Below are positions 35,111-45,567 of a stretch of DNA of 61,187 nucleotides, in pieces. The position numbers were made by a program, and so were the translations under genes. Source of the DNA: a virus (lineage: Duplodnaviria; Caudoviricetes); IMG/VR virus record IMGVR_UViG_3300027339_000002, positions 1 through 61,187 of that record. One strand, written 5' to 3'. The notes under the pieces are model-generated. The model worked only from the letters and a program-made list of their open reading frames with translations, was not told the DNA's origin and ran no database searches. Numbering within the stretch: position 1 is the first letter of the stretch; each line of letters opens with the position of its first letter.

Positions 35111-36601
35111 ATGCCAGTGATCACGATGACCACGAGTCGCACGTACGCGGGCTTGTGGCTACAAGCCGGCGTGTCGTACGACCTCGACACCTCCCCGGCC
35201 TCGGCCCTGGTTACCGCCGGCTCGGCGACATACGGGGCGCCGACGAACTCCGCCATTCAGCAGCTCGTTTACGTCGGCGCGACGGGGCAGCTGCAACGAG
35301 CAGGATCAAGCGCGCTGCTGGTGAGCGGCGCACCATTCGCCCGCCGGACCCTGGTGGTGGACGGCGACTCCCAGAGCAAGAACGGCGACGTCGTGTCAGC
35401 GGGTGCCTACCGCCTGCTGTCGTCGCGCGGCTACTGGGTGCACTGCTTGGCCGAAATCGGCTGGCCGTACGACGTGGTGGCCGTGTCGGCAGTCCCTGGC
35501 GAAACCATGCAGCAGATTCTGGCGCGCTTTGATTCGTCTGTCGCCGCATACCGCCCGAACGAAGTGCTGTTGATGCCGGGGCAGAACAACTTGCTCGACA
35601 CCGACAACTGCGTCGCCTTCGGCATCGCTTTGCGTGAGTACGCGATGAAGTGCCGAGCGATCGGTGCCGCCCTCCGCATCGTGTACACGACTCCGCGGTA
35701 CGGCGCTTTCAGCACGACCACTGTTCGCCAAAACATCGTGCTGATCCGACAGTACATCGCGGATCTGGTACGAGACAATCTGGCCGTCGCGTCGGACGCT
35801 CACCGTGCGCTCATCGACCGCACCAGCTCAGTCGGGTCGGCCCTGTCCGGCATGCTGTACGACCAAGCATCGGCGGGCGTGCACATCGGGGCAAAGGGCG
35901 GCGTGCGGATCGGACGCCAGTTCGCCAAAGACTTCGCCCGCGAAAACTTCTCGAACCCGTTCGTACCTCCTGCGTCGAACGTGGACTGCCGGCAGACGTA
36001 CGCACAGTCCAAACAACTGATGCTGAACCCTCTGCTCTCGGGCTCGGCGGGCACGGTCACCGCCCCCGCCGCAGGTGTGGCACCGGACTCGTGGCAGATC
36101 CAGTACGTCCGCTCCGGCACGTCGGCTGCACTCGTGACGATGGCCACCAACGTCGCCGACGCCAGCGATCCTGGCGGCACAGCATGCACGCTGACGTTCA
36201 GCGGCACCAAGACGGACGGCGCCGACGACCTCGCCATCCTGAACGCGTCTGCGCAGTTCGTAAACATGGCGTCGGGCGCCGCTCTCACGCCGGGCGTCGA
36301 CTACATCGACTACGCACGCATGGCCATCAAGGCGACGAACGTCTCGTCGAATTTCTCGTACGCCAAGCTGCAGATCGAGGCACTCAACGGCAGCACCCCT
36401 TTGTACGAATCGACGTGCATGGCGGAAAGCGCGTCTGACCCACAAGGCGAGTTCAGCCCGAACGAGCTCGTGTTCCACGCCCCCGGGTTTGTCATCCCGG
36501 TGGGTGCCACACGCATTCGCGCCAACCTGAAAATCGGGTACGGCGCGGGCGCCTGCACGGGTGTGTTCACCGTGCCGTACCTCTACTGCCGCATCAAATA
36601 A
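35111..36601 (+). CDS. SGNH/GDSL esterase-domain virion protein
   Basis: DGDSQS, VPGET, PGQNN and GVH blocks; beta-rich C-terminus. Confidence 0.75.
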   Translation: MPVITMTTSRTYAGLWLQAGVSYDLDTSPASALVTAGSATYGAPTNSAIQQLVYVGATGQLQRAGSSALLVSGAPFARRTLVVDGDSQSKNGDVVSAGAYRLLSSRGYWVHCLAEIGWPYDVVAVSAVPGETMQQILARFDSSVAAYRPNEVLLMPGQNNLLDTDNCVAFGIALREYAMKCRAIGAALRIVYTTPRYGAFSTTTVRQNIVLIRQYIADLVRDNLAVASDAHRALIDRTSSVGSALSGMLYDQASAGVHIGAKGGVRIGRQFAKDFARENFSNPFVPPASNVDCRQTYAQSKQLMLNPLLSGSAGTVTAPAAGVAPDSWQIQYVRSGTSAALVTMATNVADASDPGGTACTLTFSGTKTDGADDLAILNASAQFVNMASGAALTPGVDYIDYARMAIKATNVSSNFSYAKLQIEALNGSTPLYESTCMAESASDPQGEFSPNELVFHAPGFVIPVGATRIRANLKIGYGAGACTGVFTVPYLYCRIK

Positions 36602-36617
36602 CTACCTGCCGTACACC

Positions 36618-36863
36618 ATGAACGACATCCACGAACACACTGCTGATGCCGTCGTCGCCTCCGTGGCATCCAAGGCCACGTACGTCGGCGCAGGAACGAG
36701 CTTCATCGGGTGGCTTACAACGAGCGAGGCCGGCGTCGCTGTAGGTATCATCCTCGGTATCGTCGGCTTCATCGTGAACCTCTATTTCAAGCGCCGCGAA
36801 GACCGTCGCCAGCAAGAGCAGCACGATGCCCAGATGCGCGCGATTCGAGGGGATTACCTGTGA
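36618..36863 (+). CDS. holin
   Basis: Hydrophobic segments and a basic tail (NLYFKRREDRR); overlaps the endolysin start. Confidence 0.85.
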   Translation: MNDIHEHTADAVVASVASKATYVGAGTSFIGWLTTSEAGVAVGIILGIVGFIVNLYFKRREDRRQQEQHDAQMRAIRGDYL

Positions 36864-37384
36864 CCCCGCCCGTGTCGACTCAGTTCAAGGCGCGCGTCGC
36901 CGTGACGCTGCTGACCATGTCGGCAGCGGCGTTTGTGGCGCGTATGCAGACTGAAGGCTACAGCGATCGCGCGATCATCCCCACGAAAGGTGACGTCCCG
37001 ACGATCGGCTTTGGCACGACCGAGGGGGTGAAGATGGGCGACAGCATCACGCCGGTGCTGGCCCTCGAGCGCGCTCTGCGCGACGTGAACAAGTTCGAAG
37101 GCGCTCTCAAGCGCTGCGTCAAAGTTCCGCTGTTTCAGGAAGAGTACGACCTGTACCTCGACCTGTCGTACAACATCGGCTCGGGCGCATTCTGCTCGTC
37201 GACGATCGTCAGCCGCCTCAACGCTCGCGACTACCAGGGCGCGTGCGAGGGCATCCTCATGTGGAAGATGTACACCGTCGACCCCAAAACCAAGATCGAC
37301 TGCTCCAAGCCGAACAAGGTTTGCGCCGGCCTGTGGACGAACCGACTGGCGCTGCACGAGCGCTGCATGAAGGCGCAGCTGTGA
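36860..37384 (+). CDS. SAR endolysin (GH24 lysozyme)
   Basis: Ala-rich weak TM at the N-terminus; EG...GDVPTIGFGTT; YNIG. Confidence 0.9.
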   Translation: MTPPVSTQFKARVAVTLLTMSAAAFVARMQTEGYSDRAIIPTKGDVPTIGFGTTEGVKMGDSITPVLALERALRDVNKFEGALKRCVKVPLFQEEYDLYLDLSYNIGSGAFCSSTIVSRLNARDYQGACEGILMWKMYTVDPKTKIDCSKPNKVCAGLWTNRLALHERCMKAQL

Positions 37385-37857
37385 ACGCCTACGTCGTCCT
37401 TGCCCTCATCGCGATAGCGTCCGCGCTTTCGTTTTTTGCAGGTCAGGGCGCAAAGGAGAGAGAGCAGCTGAAAGCCGAAAAGCAAGCGAGCGAGCAACGG
37501 GAACGTAAAGAGCGGGAGTACCGCAAAAGAGGCCAAGAACATGAGGCAATCGTCGGTACCCTCACAGCGCAACGCGACGACGCAAGGCAAAAGCTCGCAA
37601 CCGCGACGACTGGTCGGCGTTGTCTTGAGTCTCGCGCTGTGCGCGTGCTCAACACCGCCGACCGAGTGCCCGGCACTGCCGAGCAACCTACTGGTGCGCC
37701 CGAAGCCGCTGAACGATCTGAAAGCCAGCGGGACCAAGAAGCCTTCGCCACAGACCGAGATGTGAGCGAGGCGATCTTAGAATGTCGCGTCGAGTACAAG
37801 AAAATCTCTGACCAGCTCAACGCCATAATCGACATCGAGCTGAGTCGTACCAAATAG
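37381..37857 (+). CDS. i-spanin (Rz-like)
   Basis: N-terminal TM followed by coiled coil; GTG start overlaps the endolysin stop. Confidence 0.8.
   Translation: MNAYVVLALIAIASALSFFAGQGAKEREQLKAEKQASEQRERKEREYRKRGQEHEAIVGTLTAQRDDARQKLATATTGRRCLESRAVRVLNTADRVPGTAEQPTGAPEAAERSESQRDQEAFATDRDVSEAILECRVEYKKISDQLNAIIDIELSRTK
37541..37765 (+). CDS. embedded o-spanin (Rz1-like lipoprotein)
   Basis: +1 frame inside Rz; lipobox LALCAC followed by a Pro-rich segment. Confidence 0.75.
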   Translation: MRQSSVPSQRNATTQGKSSQPRRLVGVVLSLALCACSTPPTECPALPSNLLVRPKPLNDLKASGTKKPSPQTEM

Positions 37858-37982
37858 CACCACCAGCACCAGCGGGTATGCGCGCAAGCGCGGTGTGCGG
37901 CGCTATCCGAGACCTTCGGCTCGGTTCCCAACCCCCGCCAGGGGCCGTGGTGTGAGTCCTTGGCATATCACGGCCCCTACCT

Positions 37983-39245
37983 ATGACCGCCTCAAACCCA
38001 ATCCGCGTCGGCCCTTTCCCCTTCGGTGAAAACAACCGCCGGTCTCCGCGCGACTTGGTCGAGAAGACGGTCGGGCAGCAGGGGCGTTTTGCGCGCGCCA
38101 TCGTGAACGCAGACGTTCACAGCGAGGGCCGTGTAACGCGCCGTCGCGGATTCACGCAGGCCCTTTCCCTGACGGATGCCACCGGTGCCGTAGAGCACGC
38201 GGCCGGGGCGCTCGTCGTCGATAACGGGCAGATCCTGTTCGTGCGGCAGCAGAACGGCGGGCTGCAGTCAGAGGTACTCGGTGCGTGCGTGCCGGGGCGC
38301 CGACCTGCTTTTTGCGATGTGCCGGCCGGCACGCTGCTGTCCGATGAGGATACGATCCAGCTGATCACGCCCGAGAACGAGGTGCGCGCGTGGACGCTAC
38401 CGCAGCCCACGTTTGCCTGCACCCAGACGACGGGTGCCCTGCCCCCAGGCCTGTACCGAGTGTCGGTAGCGTACCGCGCCGACGACGGCGCGCTGCATGC
38501 CGCCCCCGAAGTGCAAGCCGTCGACGTAACGACCGGCGGCATCCTCGTGAGCAACCTCCCAGCGACACTCCCGTCCGGGGTCACCGTCGTCATCGGCATG
38601 TCTCGCGCGAACGGCAGCGAACTGATGGAGGTCATGGAGTTCGGACAGGGGTCTACCCCCACGCCGCCGGTCACACTGGCCGTCGCTCCTTCAGACGGGG
38701 CAGAGTTCTGGGTAGCCGGACTTCAGCCGATGCCGGCCGGGCGCTTCATGGACACACTCGGTGGTCGCGTGCTTAGCGCGGTCGGCAACGCGGTGTTTTT
38801 CAGCGAGCCTTTCTCGGGTCACGTGTGCGCCCGAGATCGAAGCTACGTGCTGTTCGAGCACCCTGTGACGCTGTTGGCGTCGCTCGAGACCGGCACGTTC
38901 ATCGCCGCGGGCGAAACCTACTGGCTCCCCGGCGACATCGACGGGGCCGAAATGCTTCCGCAGCTGCCCTACGATGCGGTGCCGTACTCGCTTCGCGCCA
39001 TCCCGAACCAGAACAAAGTGTGGTGGATGTCCGAGAAGGGCATAATCGTGGGTGACCAATCGGGCGAGGTGAAGAACATCCAAGAGGCGAACAACGTTGC
39101 GCCACACGCCCAGGCGGGGGCCAGCATGTTCGTCGAGCAGAACGGTCTCCGCCAGATGCTCACGACTTTGTTCGGAGCTGAGCAGTCCCGCGCTGCTGCT
39201 TCGAGTTTCATGGACGCGGAAATTGTGCGAAGGAACACCGCATGA
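37983..39245 (+). CDS. tail structural protein
   Basis: NAD..G...RRRG, FSEPF; late operon position. Confidence 0.7.
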   Translation: MTASNPIRVGPFPFGENNRRSPRDLVEKTVGQQGRFARAIVNADVHSEGRVTRRRGFTQALSLTDATGAVEHAAGALVVDNGQILFVRQQNGGLQSEVLGACVPGRRPAFCDVPAGTLLSDEDTIQLITPENEVRAWTLPQPTFACTQTTGALPPGLYRVSVAYRADDGALHAAPEVQAVDVTTGGILVSNLPATLPSGVTVVIGMSRANGSELMEVMEFGQGSTPTPPVTLAVAPSDGAEFWVAGLQPMPAGRFMDTLGGRVLSAVGNAVFFSEPFSGHVCARDRSYVLFEHPVTLLASLETGTFIAAGETYWLPGDIDGAEMLPQLPYDAVPYSLRAIPNQNKVWWMSEKGIIVGDQSGEVKNIQEANNVAPHAQAGASMFVEQNGLRQMLTTLFGAEQSRAAASSFMDAEIVRRNTA

Positions 39246-39748
39246 ACGCCATCACCACCCTCCCTGTCGGCTTCAAATACCTGATCGAGGTCGTCAACAA
39301 AGACGGCGAGGTCACGGACAGCGAAATCGTCGACAACCTGATGCCGCTCCAGGGCCTCAACCACATGCTCGGCGTTGTCCTGAAAGGCAGTTCGCAGTTC
39401 GCCTCGTGGTACATCGGGCTGTACAAAGGCGCCTACACGCCGAACACGAACGACACGGCCGCGAACATCAGCGCGAACGCGGTTGAGTCGTCTGCTTACG
39501 GCTCCAACCGTTTGGCTTTTGTCGGCTCGACGGTGACGGGCGGCGTCTGCGACAACCACGACAACAAGGCCGAGTTCACGATGGCCTCAGCCGAGACCAT
39601 CTACGGCGGTTTCCTCGTCTCGGCACAATCGGTCGGTAGCACGGCCGGCGTGCTGCTGTCAGTGGTCCGCTTTTCCTCGCCCAAAGTCCTCGACGTCGGT
39701 TCGATCCTGCGCGTGACGGCCGGCATCTCTCTCGTCTCCACCAGCTAA
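39242..39748 (+). CDS. virion structural protein
   Basis: DNLMP.QGLNHML...WYIGL...IYGGFL. Confidence 0.75.
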   Translation: MNAITTLPVGFKYLIEVVNKDGEVTDSEIVDNLMPLQGLNHMLGVVLKGSSQFASWYIGLYKGAYTPNTNDTAANISANAVESSAYGSNRLAFVGSTVTGGVCDNHDNKAEFTMASAETIYGGFLVSAQSVGSTAGVLLSVVRFSSPKVLDVGSILRVTAGISLVSTS

Positions 39749-39758
39749 GGAGTCCTCC

Positions 39759-40199
39759 ATGACCTTGAAAGTTTCGACCGGCCTGCGCAACAAGCTGCTG
39801 GACACCGGCTCCCTCGCCACGTTGATGGCGGGCGGTCTCATCAAAATCTACTCGGGCACCCCGCCGGCCAGCGCCGATGACGCGGCGTCCGGCAGTCTGC
39901 TGTGCACGATCAGCCTGAACAGCACCGGCACCGGTGTGAACATGGCCAGCACCGCGACGGGCGGCGTGCTGGCCAAAAGCACGTCGGAGACGTGGTCAGG
40001 CGTCGTCGCCTTGTCGGGCGCTGCAACCTACTACCGCCACGTCGCCGCCAGCGACACGGGCGCGTCTTCGACCACCCAGGCCCGCCTGCAAGGTGAAATC
40101 GCCACGGCCGGTGCTGAGCTGAACCTGAGCAGCACCACGCTGACGTCGGGCGCGACTCAGACGGTCGACTACTACAGCGTGGCTCTGCCGACGCTGTAA
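39759..40199 (+). CDS. virion structural protein
   Basis: STGLRN.LL...IYSG..P.SAD...RLQG; AAGGAG RBS. Confidence 0.75.
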   Translation: MTLKVSTGLRNKLLDTGSLATLMAGGLIKIYSGTPPASADDAASGSLLCTISLNSTGTGVNMASTATGGVLAKSTSETWSGVVALSGAATYYRHVAASDTGASSTTQARLQGEIATAGAELNLSSTTLTSGATQTVDYYSVALPTL

Positions 40200-40209
40200 G
40201 GGGGCAAAG

Positions 40210-41226
40210 ATGCTGTCTGTGTTCGATGACTTTGCGTCAAACACCTCCGTGCTCAGCACGAATTCATCGACGCTAGGGGGCCTGATCGGCTTCCAGGCAG
40301 CATCCGGTGCCAAATGGCGGCGACCCACAGGGTCGCCCGCGTCCACTGCGCAGGTCCTCTCGGGCGGCACCATGTACCCCGGTGCGCGCTTCACGTCCCC
40401 TGGCTCGGGCGTGGTGGATCCGCGTGAGTGGTACACCACGCCTTATACCGAATCGGTGCTCACTGACTTTCCGGGCGACCCCAACGCACGCGATGCCGAC
40501 ATCGGCCTGGAGTTGCAGTACCAGATGCAAGCACCGTCCACAACCGGGACGCCGTTTCCGCTGGAACTCACGCATCATTACGGCGGCACGTCGGCGCAAT
40601 CCTATGCACGGGACTGCTCAGCGGCCTCTGCAACGGTCACGTCGGTGCAGATCAAGGTCACCCCCTCTGGCTCGACGCACGCGATTCAGGTCATCGTTTG
40701 CAATGGAGGCACCCGGTACGTCATCGACGCTACGTCGAGCGGACTGGTTGCAAACTCGCTGCGGTCTACCGTGTACGTGCGGCTGAAAGACACGATGGCC
40801 AGGGTGTACGTCAACGGCACCATGACGAACGAAGTTGACGTCGGTGCCCGTCGAGCACGCATGCCCTTTTTGATGACGGTGCGAGAGTTCGGTGCATACC
40901 GAACGACTGACATTTACTCGGTGCGCATGTTCACCATCCGCGGTGAGTACTTCCCGATGGACTTGAGCACACTGCTACGCGACGAGATGGAAGGTGCCGC
41001 AGGCGCAGTACCGACAGGACGAGCCCCCGAGGTCACGGCGTTTGGCAACTGGGTCAACGACACTGACGCCAACACGACCGCCGTGCTCAACGGGGCCGGC
41101 AAGCTGTACATGGAGAACCGCCTGAGCTATTCCGGCAGCGATCCGGTACTCGACGGCACAGGCACCAACACGCGATACCTGCCGTACGGCGGCCGTAACG
41201 ACAAAGCACTGAAGGTCGGCGAATGA
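40210..41226 (+). CDS. beta-rich tail or receptor-binding protein
   Basis: S/T/G-rich; VYVNG lectin-like strand. Confidence 0.55.
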   Translation: MLSVFDDFASNTSVLSTNSSTLGGLIGFQAASGAKWRRPTGSPASTAQVLSGGTMYPGARFTSPGSGVVDPREWYTTPYTESVLTDFPGDPNARDADIGLELQYQMQAPSTTGTPFPLELTHHYGGTSAQSYARDCSAASATVTSVQIKVTPSGSTHAIQVIVCNGGTRYVIDATSSGLVANSLRSTVYVRLKDTMARVYVNGTMTNEVDVGARRARMPFLMTVREFGAYRTTDIYSVRMFTIRGEYFPMDLSTLLRDEMEGAAGAVPTGRAPEVTAFGNWVNDTDANTTAVLNGAGKLYMENRLSYSGSDPVLDGTGTNTRYLPYGGRNDKALKVGE

Positions 41227-41819
41227 GTACCTACCCATCCGAGTTCACGCTCGACCTGATCGTATCGGGCATGTCGAGCACCACGAACCCCATCGTGAAC
41301 GGAGTTGAGCAGCGCGTGCACGGGGTAGACATCGTGTTGACGATGGGCGAGGACTCCGTGGACCCTGCGCACCAGAGCTACCTGCAGCTGTGCTGCTTCC
41401 GCAACCCAGATGCCCCTCACTACGACACGTTTTCCGACATCGTCGTTTCCTCGCGGTACATGCGCTACACATCGGGATCATTCACCGAGATGTGGGCGTC
41501 TGCGTTGTCCTATACGCGCAACTACACATCGAACTACCCCGACTCGGGCTCAAACCTCGTAGACGACATTGCCGTCACCTTGTCGTTCTCGCCGACGCTG
41601 CAGCGGCTGTATGTCAACGGAGCGACGCAGTCGACCACGACCAGCCTGATCGCGGTGCCGGAAGACGAGCGACGTGCACACCGCGTCGCCGTGCGGGCGT
41701 TCGGCTCAGGGTATGTGGAGCGACTGCAGATCGACGGCAACACGACCCGTACCCCCGCCGTCGCACGAGAGTTCTGGACCTTCTTCAACTTGACGAATGA
41801 AAAAGTTTCCGTTCCCTAA
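41223..41819 (+). CDS. beta-rich tail protein
   Basis: LYVNG; ends EFWTFFNLTNE. Confidence 0.55.
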   Translation: MSTYPSEFTLDLIVSGMSSTTNPIVNGVEQRVHGVDIVLTMGEDSVDPAHQSYLQLCCFRNPDAPHYDTFSDIVVSSRYMRYTSGSFTEMWASALSYTRNYTSNYPDSGSNLVDDIAVTLSFSPTLQRLYVNGATQSTTTSLIAVPEDERRAHRVAVRAFGSGYVERLQIDGNTTRTPAVAREFWTFFNLTNEKVSVP

Positions 41820-43698
41820 AGTGCTCGGCTCGCCGTCCCCGGTGGGCCAAGCCGCTTCGCGGGCGCTCGACATGGTTGACGCCCCTTTCCTCACCCGCCG
41901 CGTCGGCAACACCATCGCCGACAAAGCGGGTGAGTTCTCTTACGTGCGCACGATCGAGACGCCCGACGACCTGGGACTCGTCACGGTGTTCAGTACGCCG
42001 ACTGAGCAAGACTTCGCGGAACCGTCAAACAAAAAGCCCCTCGTGAGCCGAGCCCTTACCGGCGGCTCTGCATCAAAGGGGACAAACGTCACGAGCGCTA
42101 TGGGAGCCGTGCCGGCGGTACCGACGATCCCCGGAGCGACCAAGTCGTTCATCAACGGACGGACGGGCGCAGTGCATGTGGGTGGGGGGTACGTCCTATG
42201 GTGCCGGCAGTCCTACCAACGCGACGTGCCGTTTACCAACTGGTCGTTCATCAGTACGTGGCCCGTACTGACGTACGTGAAACGCCCAGGCACCGAAGAC
42301 GAGCCAGCAGAAGATTCCAAGTCCGTGTCATACGCGTTGACGGGGGCAACCTCATTCCAAGAATTGCGCTCAACGACAACACACTCCACGGCCAAGCATC
42401 TTGCCGACATGTCCATGAGCGCCGCGCCATACGGGGTCTTTGCGCTCGGGCAAAACGATGACGGAGACTACGTGTTCGGTGTTAGCTCGCTCACGTACAC
42501 GCTGGGTGTAGGGGTGTACCGTCACCAGATCGCCATCGGAAACACGAAGACGAAAGCACTCAGCACCAAGTTCACGCGAAACTGCTCGACGTTGCCTGTG
42601 GGGTCCGGACGAAGCAGCATGTCGCGTGTGTTCTGTACCGGGCGCGGTAAAGCGCGAGCGCTGTACGTCACCTGTACAGACGCCGACGTATCGGCGAACA
42701 ACGTGAACAACCTGTCCGTGTACACGGTACGTACGGACGACTTCGGAGAGACGTGGTCCATCGTCCATGAGCCGGTACTGGAGGAAGTCATCAGCCCGTG
42801 GGTGACGGCAGACCTACTGCCATACAACTCGAGCGCACTACAGGGCATCGAGCCCCACGTGCTGATCGGGTACATGGGCGCGGGCAAGCATTTTCTGTAC
42901 TTCAGCGCGGGGGACACGACCGGCTATGTCACGCAGGCGGCGCCGGGGCCGAACACGACGACACGCCCTGTCCTGTTCATCGGGGATGACGACGGGTACA
43001 CCCAAGCATCCTGGCCTGCCGACGCATGGCGCTCGCGAGTCACCGGCCCACTCGATGCGCGAGGCCAACGCGGGTGGATGGGGCGCAGCGGCACGACGTG
43101 GCGCTTGCCGTACACGGCTCTGGACTTGTCCTCGTGGGGGCTGCCGTCGGTGGTGATGCCTGCGGACTTCGTCCGCAATGATCTGTACAGCCTGACGTAC
43201 TACGGAGACATCGCTGCCGGGTGCGCGGGCCCGACTGTGTCTTGGGCGGCCGACAACGCAGCCAAGAGCCAGCACTGGTCGTTCGGCGAGGGGTGCATCA
43301 TGGTTCCGATCCGCCACTGGAACCCGAAGGCCTGGAAGATCATGCTGACGACCGACTTTGGTGCTACGTGGGTGACAAAAGACCTACCAGAAGACCTATG
43401 GCCCGCGGTGTACCGCAGCCCGCCGCTGGTCGTGCAGAGCCCGTGGAAAGACGGAGTCTCTGACGGCTCGATCTTGATCGGGCAGCAGGTATCAGGGAAG
43501 ACCGAGATCGTCTGGTGGAAGACGACCGACCTGTTCGACACGTTCACGAAGGCGCTCACGGTGTCGGCCGGCGTAGACTTACCGTACGGAGAATTTGACC
43601 CGGACGGATGCGGCGGAGACACGGGCTTGCTGATCATGTCAAACAAAAAACTGGCCCCTCCGTTCCCGGCCTTCCCCAACGATTTCAAGGGTGAGTAA
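41797..43698 (+). CDS. tail protein with Asp-box (BNR-like) motifs
   Basis: RTDDFGETW and TTDFGATW. Confidence 0.6.
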   Translation: MKKFPFPKVLGSPSPVGQAASRALDMVDAPFLTRRVGNTIADKAGEFSYVRTIETPDDLGLVTVFSTPTEQDFAEPSNKKPLVSRALTGGSASKGTNVTSAMGAVPAVPTIPGATKSFINGRTGAVHVGGGYVLWCRQSYQRDVPFTNWSFISTWPVLTYVKRPGTEDEPAEDSKSVSYALTGATSFQELRSTTTHSTAKHLADMSMSAAPYGVFALGQNDDGDYVFGVSSLTYTLGVGVYRHQIAIGNTKTKALSTKFTRNCSTLPVGSGRSSMSRVFCTGRGKARALYVTCTDADVSANNVNNLSVYTVRTDDFGETWSIVHEPVLEEVISPWVTADLLPYNSSALQGIEPHVLIGYMGAGKHFLYFSAGDTTGYVTQAAPGPNTTTRPVLFIGDDDGYTQASWPADAWRSRVTGPLDARGQRGWMGRSGTTWRLPYTALDLSSWGLPSVVMPADFVRNDLYSLTYYGDIAAGCAGPTVSWAADNAAKSQHWSFGEGCIMVPIRHWNPKAWKIMLTTDFGATWVTKDLPEDLWPAVYRSPPLVVQSPWKDGVSDGSILIGQQVSGKTEIVWWKTTDLFDTFTKALTVSAGVDLPYGEFDPDGCGGDTGLLIMSNKKLAPPFPAFPNDFKGE

Positions 43699-45567
43699 AT
43701 GCGCAACGTTCTGACCAAGGTCTCGTACACCTACACCCTCCCCGGCTCATCTGCTGTGCCGGCCAGTCCTGGCCGCCCGTACATCCCTGCGCACTGGGTG
43801 ACGGAACAGCAGCGGGTGTGCAGCGTCGTCAACTACGACCTGTACGACACCGGGCAGTCCATCGAAGAGCTGGCCCAACAGCTGCTCACCATGGGCGGCG
43901 CAGGGTCTGACCTCTCGTACAACGTCAACTACGCGATCCTCTGCACACTGCAGAACGTTTCGCGGTTTGTGCCGGAGCAGTCGTACATCGCCCCCACGCC
44001 GTACCGTGCGTCGGTCCCGCCCACAGTGGTGACGGAGTACAACCTCGGCTGGACCGGCACGGCCCGGTCCGTAGACGTGCTGCTTTCTGACGGGCGCGTG
44101 TCGTTCAAGGCGGACACCAACAACGTCGGGGCCATGGTCGGTCTGCTGGAAGCCGCGTTCGTGGGGCGCTGGACAGCACTCTACGACTACACCGTGATGT
44201 CTCACAACTTCTACATCCAGGGTCGCACTTACGCGATCTACGAGAAGGGTGTGCGCCGCACGGAAGACACCGTGTTTGCATCCGGGGACGTATTCGGCAT
44301 TCGTCGAAAAAACGGCACGGTGACATACACGGTCAACGACACGACTGTGTTCACGTCGTCCGCACCCAGCACGACACCTGTGTTCCTGCTCGCAAGCTTG
44401 TACTCCGGCGGCGACTATGTGTACGACCCGATCCTCACGGCTGAAGCGTCCGGCGCCTCATCTATGCAGCCGTTGCGCAGCGCGGGCGGTGAGGGCGCGT
44501 ACGCCGCTGCCGCCGCGTACATGGCCTCGTTGCGAACTGCCGGCGGCGGGCACTTGATCGCCACGGTCTCGTGCACCATGCAGCCGGTCATCGCCCTTGC
44601 GTCCGCGTACGGGCGCCCGTACGGCCAAGCGACGACTCGCCTGCCCGCGCTGACGTCCGACGCGTACACCAGCAAAGTCGTGCCGCCTTACGGGCTGTCG
44701 AAAGGGTCCATGGCCTACCTGACATCGGCCGCGGTCGGTACGACCGGAGGCGTGATCAGCGGCAACCTCACCATGCCGACGTTTGTGTCGCGCGGTAGCG
44801 ATCGCGTGTACGGCGAAGCAGTCGTGACCCTGCCGCGTCTGTCCTCGTACGCCAACGCCTACGAAGGCAACGAGAACGCGTCGATCATTTCGCGCACCAT
44901 CACGGCCCACGAGATCGCCGGCACACAGATTGCCTTTGCGGCCATCAACATGACGGCATCAGGCACAGCCACACTGGCCGTTGCGACCGTCATCGACAGC
45001 GACGCTTTTACGCGAGCGACAGCGAGCGGAGACTTCGACGTCGTCGAGCTGATCGAAGCGATTGCCACCAGCCGAGCCGAGACGTATGCAGGGGTGCCGC
45101 TGTGGGACAACGCAGGCGAGACGATCGTCGTGAACGCAGACACGTCGGCTTTCAGCCGCTACGAGGGGTACGGGTTCTTGTCGTACTTCCACATCGGCGA
45201 CGACGTGTACGGGCTCTCGCGGGACGGCGTGTTCTTGCTGGGCGGTGACACAGACGCCGGCCTGCCGATCCAGGCGTCCGTGAACGCAGGCGCGGTGGAC
45301 GCAGGCACCTCGCTGCTCAAATGGGCGTCGGAGTGCTACCTCGCGGCGGCTTCGGACGGGCCACTTCGCCTGCGGGTGACGGTGGGGGATAATGCGTACC
45401 TCTACACCGCGCGAAGCAGTAGCCCTGAGATGCAGATGCAGCGCGTCGACATCGGCAAAGGGCTGCGGGCCACCTACTTCGAGCTCGAGGTCATCAACGA
45501 CAATGGTGACGACTTTGAACTCGACCGCATTGAGTTCCGCTCGGCTCCTACCTCTCGGAGAATCTGA
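43699..45567 (+). CDS. tail structural protein
   Basis: C-terminal RVDIGKGLRATYF...SRRI. Confidence 0.7.
   Translation: MRNVLTKVSYTYTLPGSSAVPASPGRPYIPAHWVTEQQRVCSVVNYDLYDTGQSIEELAQQLLTMGGAGSDLSYNVNYAILCTLQNVSRFVPEQSYIAPTPYRASVPPTVVTEYNLGWTGTARSVDVLLSDGRVSFKADTNNVGAMVGLLEAAFVGRWTALYDYTVMSHNFYIQGRTYAIYEKGVRRTEDTVFASGDVFGIRRKNGTVTYTVNDTTVFTSSAPSTTPVFLLASLYSGGDYVYDPILTAEASGASSMQPLRSAGGEGAYAAAAAYMASLRTAGGGHLIATVSCTMQPVIALASAYGRPYGQATTRLPALTSDAYTSKVVPPYGLSKGSMAYLTSAAVGTTGGVISGNLTMPTFVSRGSDRVYGEAVVTLPRLSSYANAYEGNENASIISRTITAHEIAGTQIAFAAINMTASGTATLAVATVIDSDAFTRATASGDFDVVELIEAIATSRAETYAGVPLWDNAGETIVVNADTSAFSRYEGYGFLSYFHIGDDVYGLSRDGVFLLGGDTDAGLPIQASVNAGAVDAGTSLLKWASECYLAAASDGPLRLRVTVGDNAYLYTARSSSPEMQMQRVDIGKGLRATYFELEVINDNGDDFELDRIEFRSAPTSRRI

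Noticed and set aside
37872-37940. tRNA-like stretch (GCGGG...GGTTC...CCCGCCA)
   Set aside because: No 7-bp acceptor stem in register with CCA and no canonical T-loop or anticodon arm
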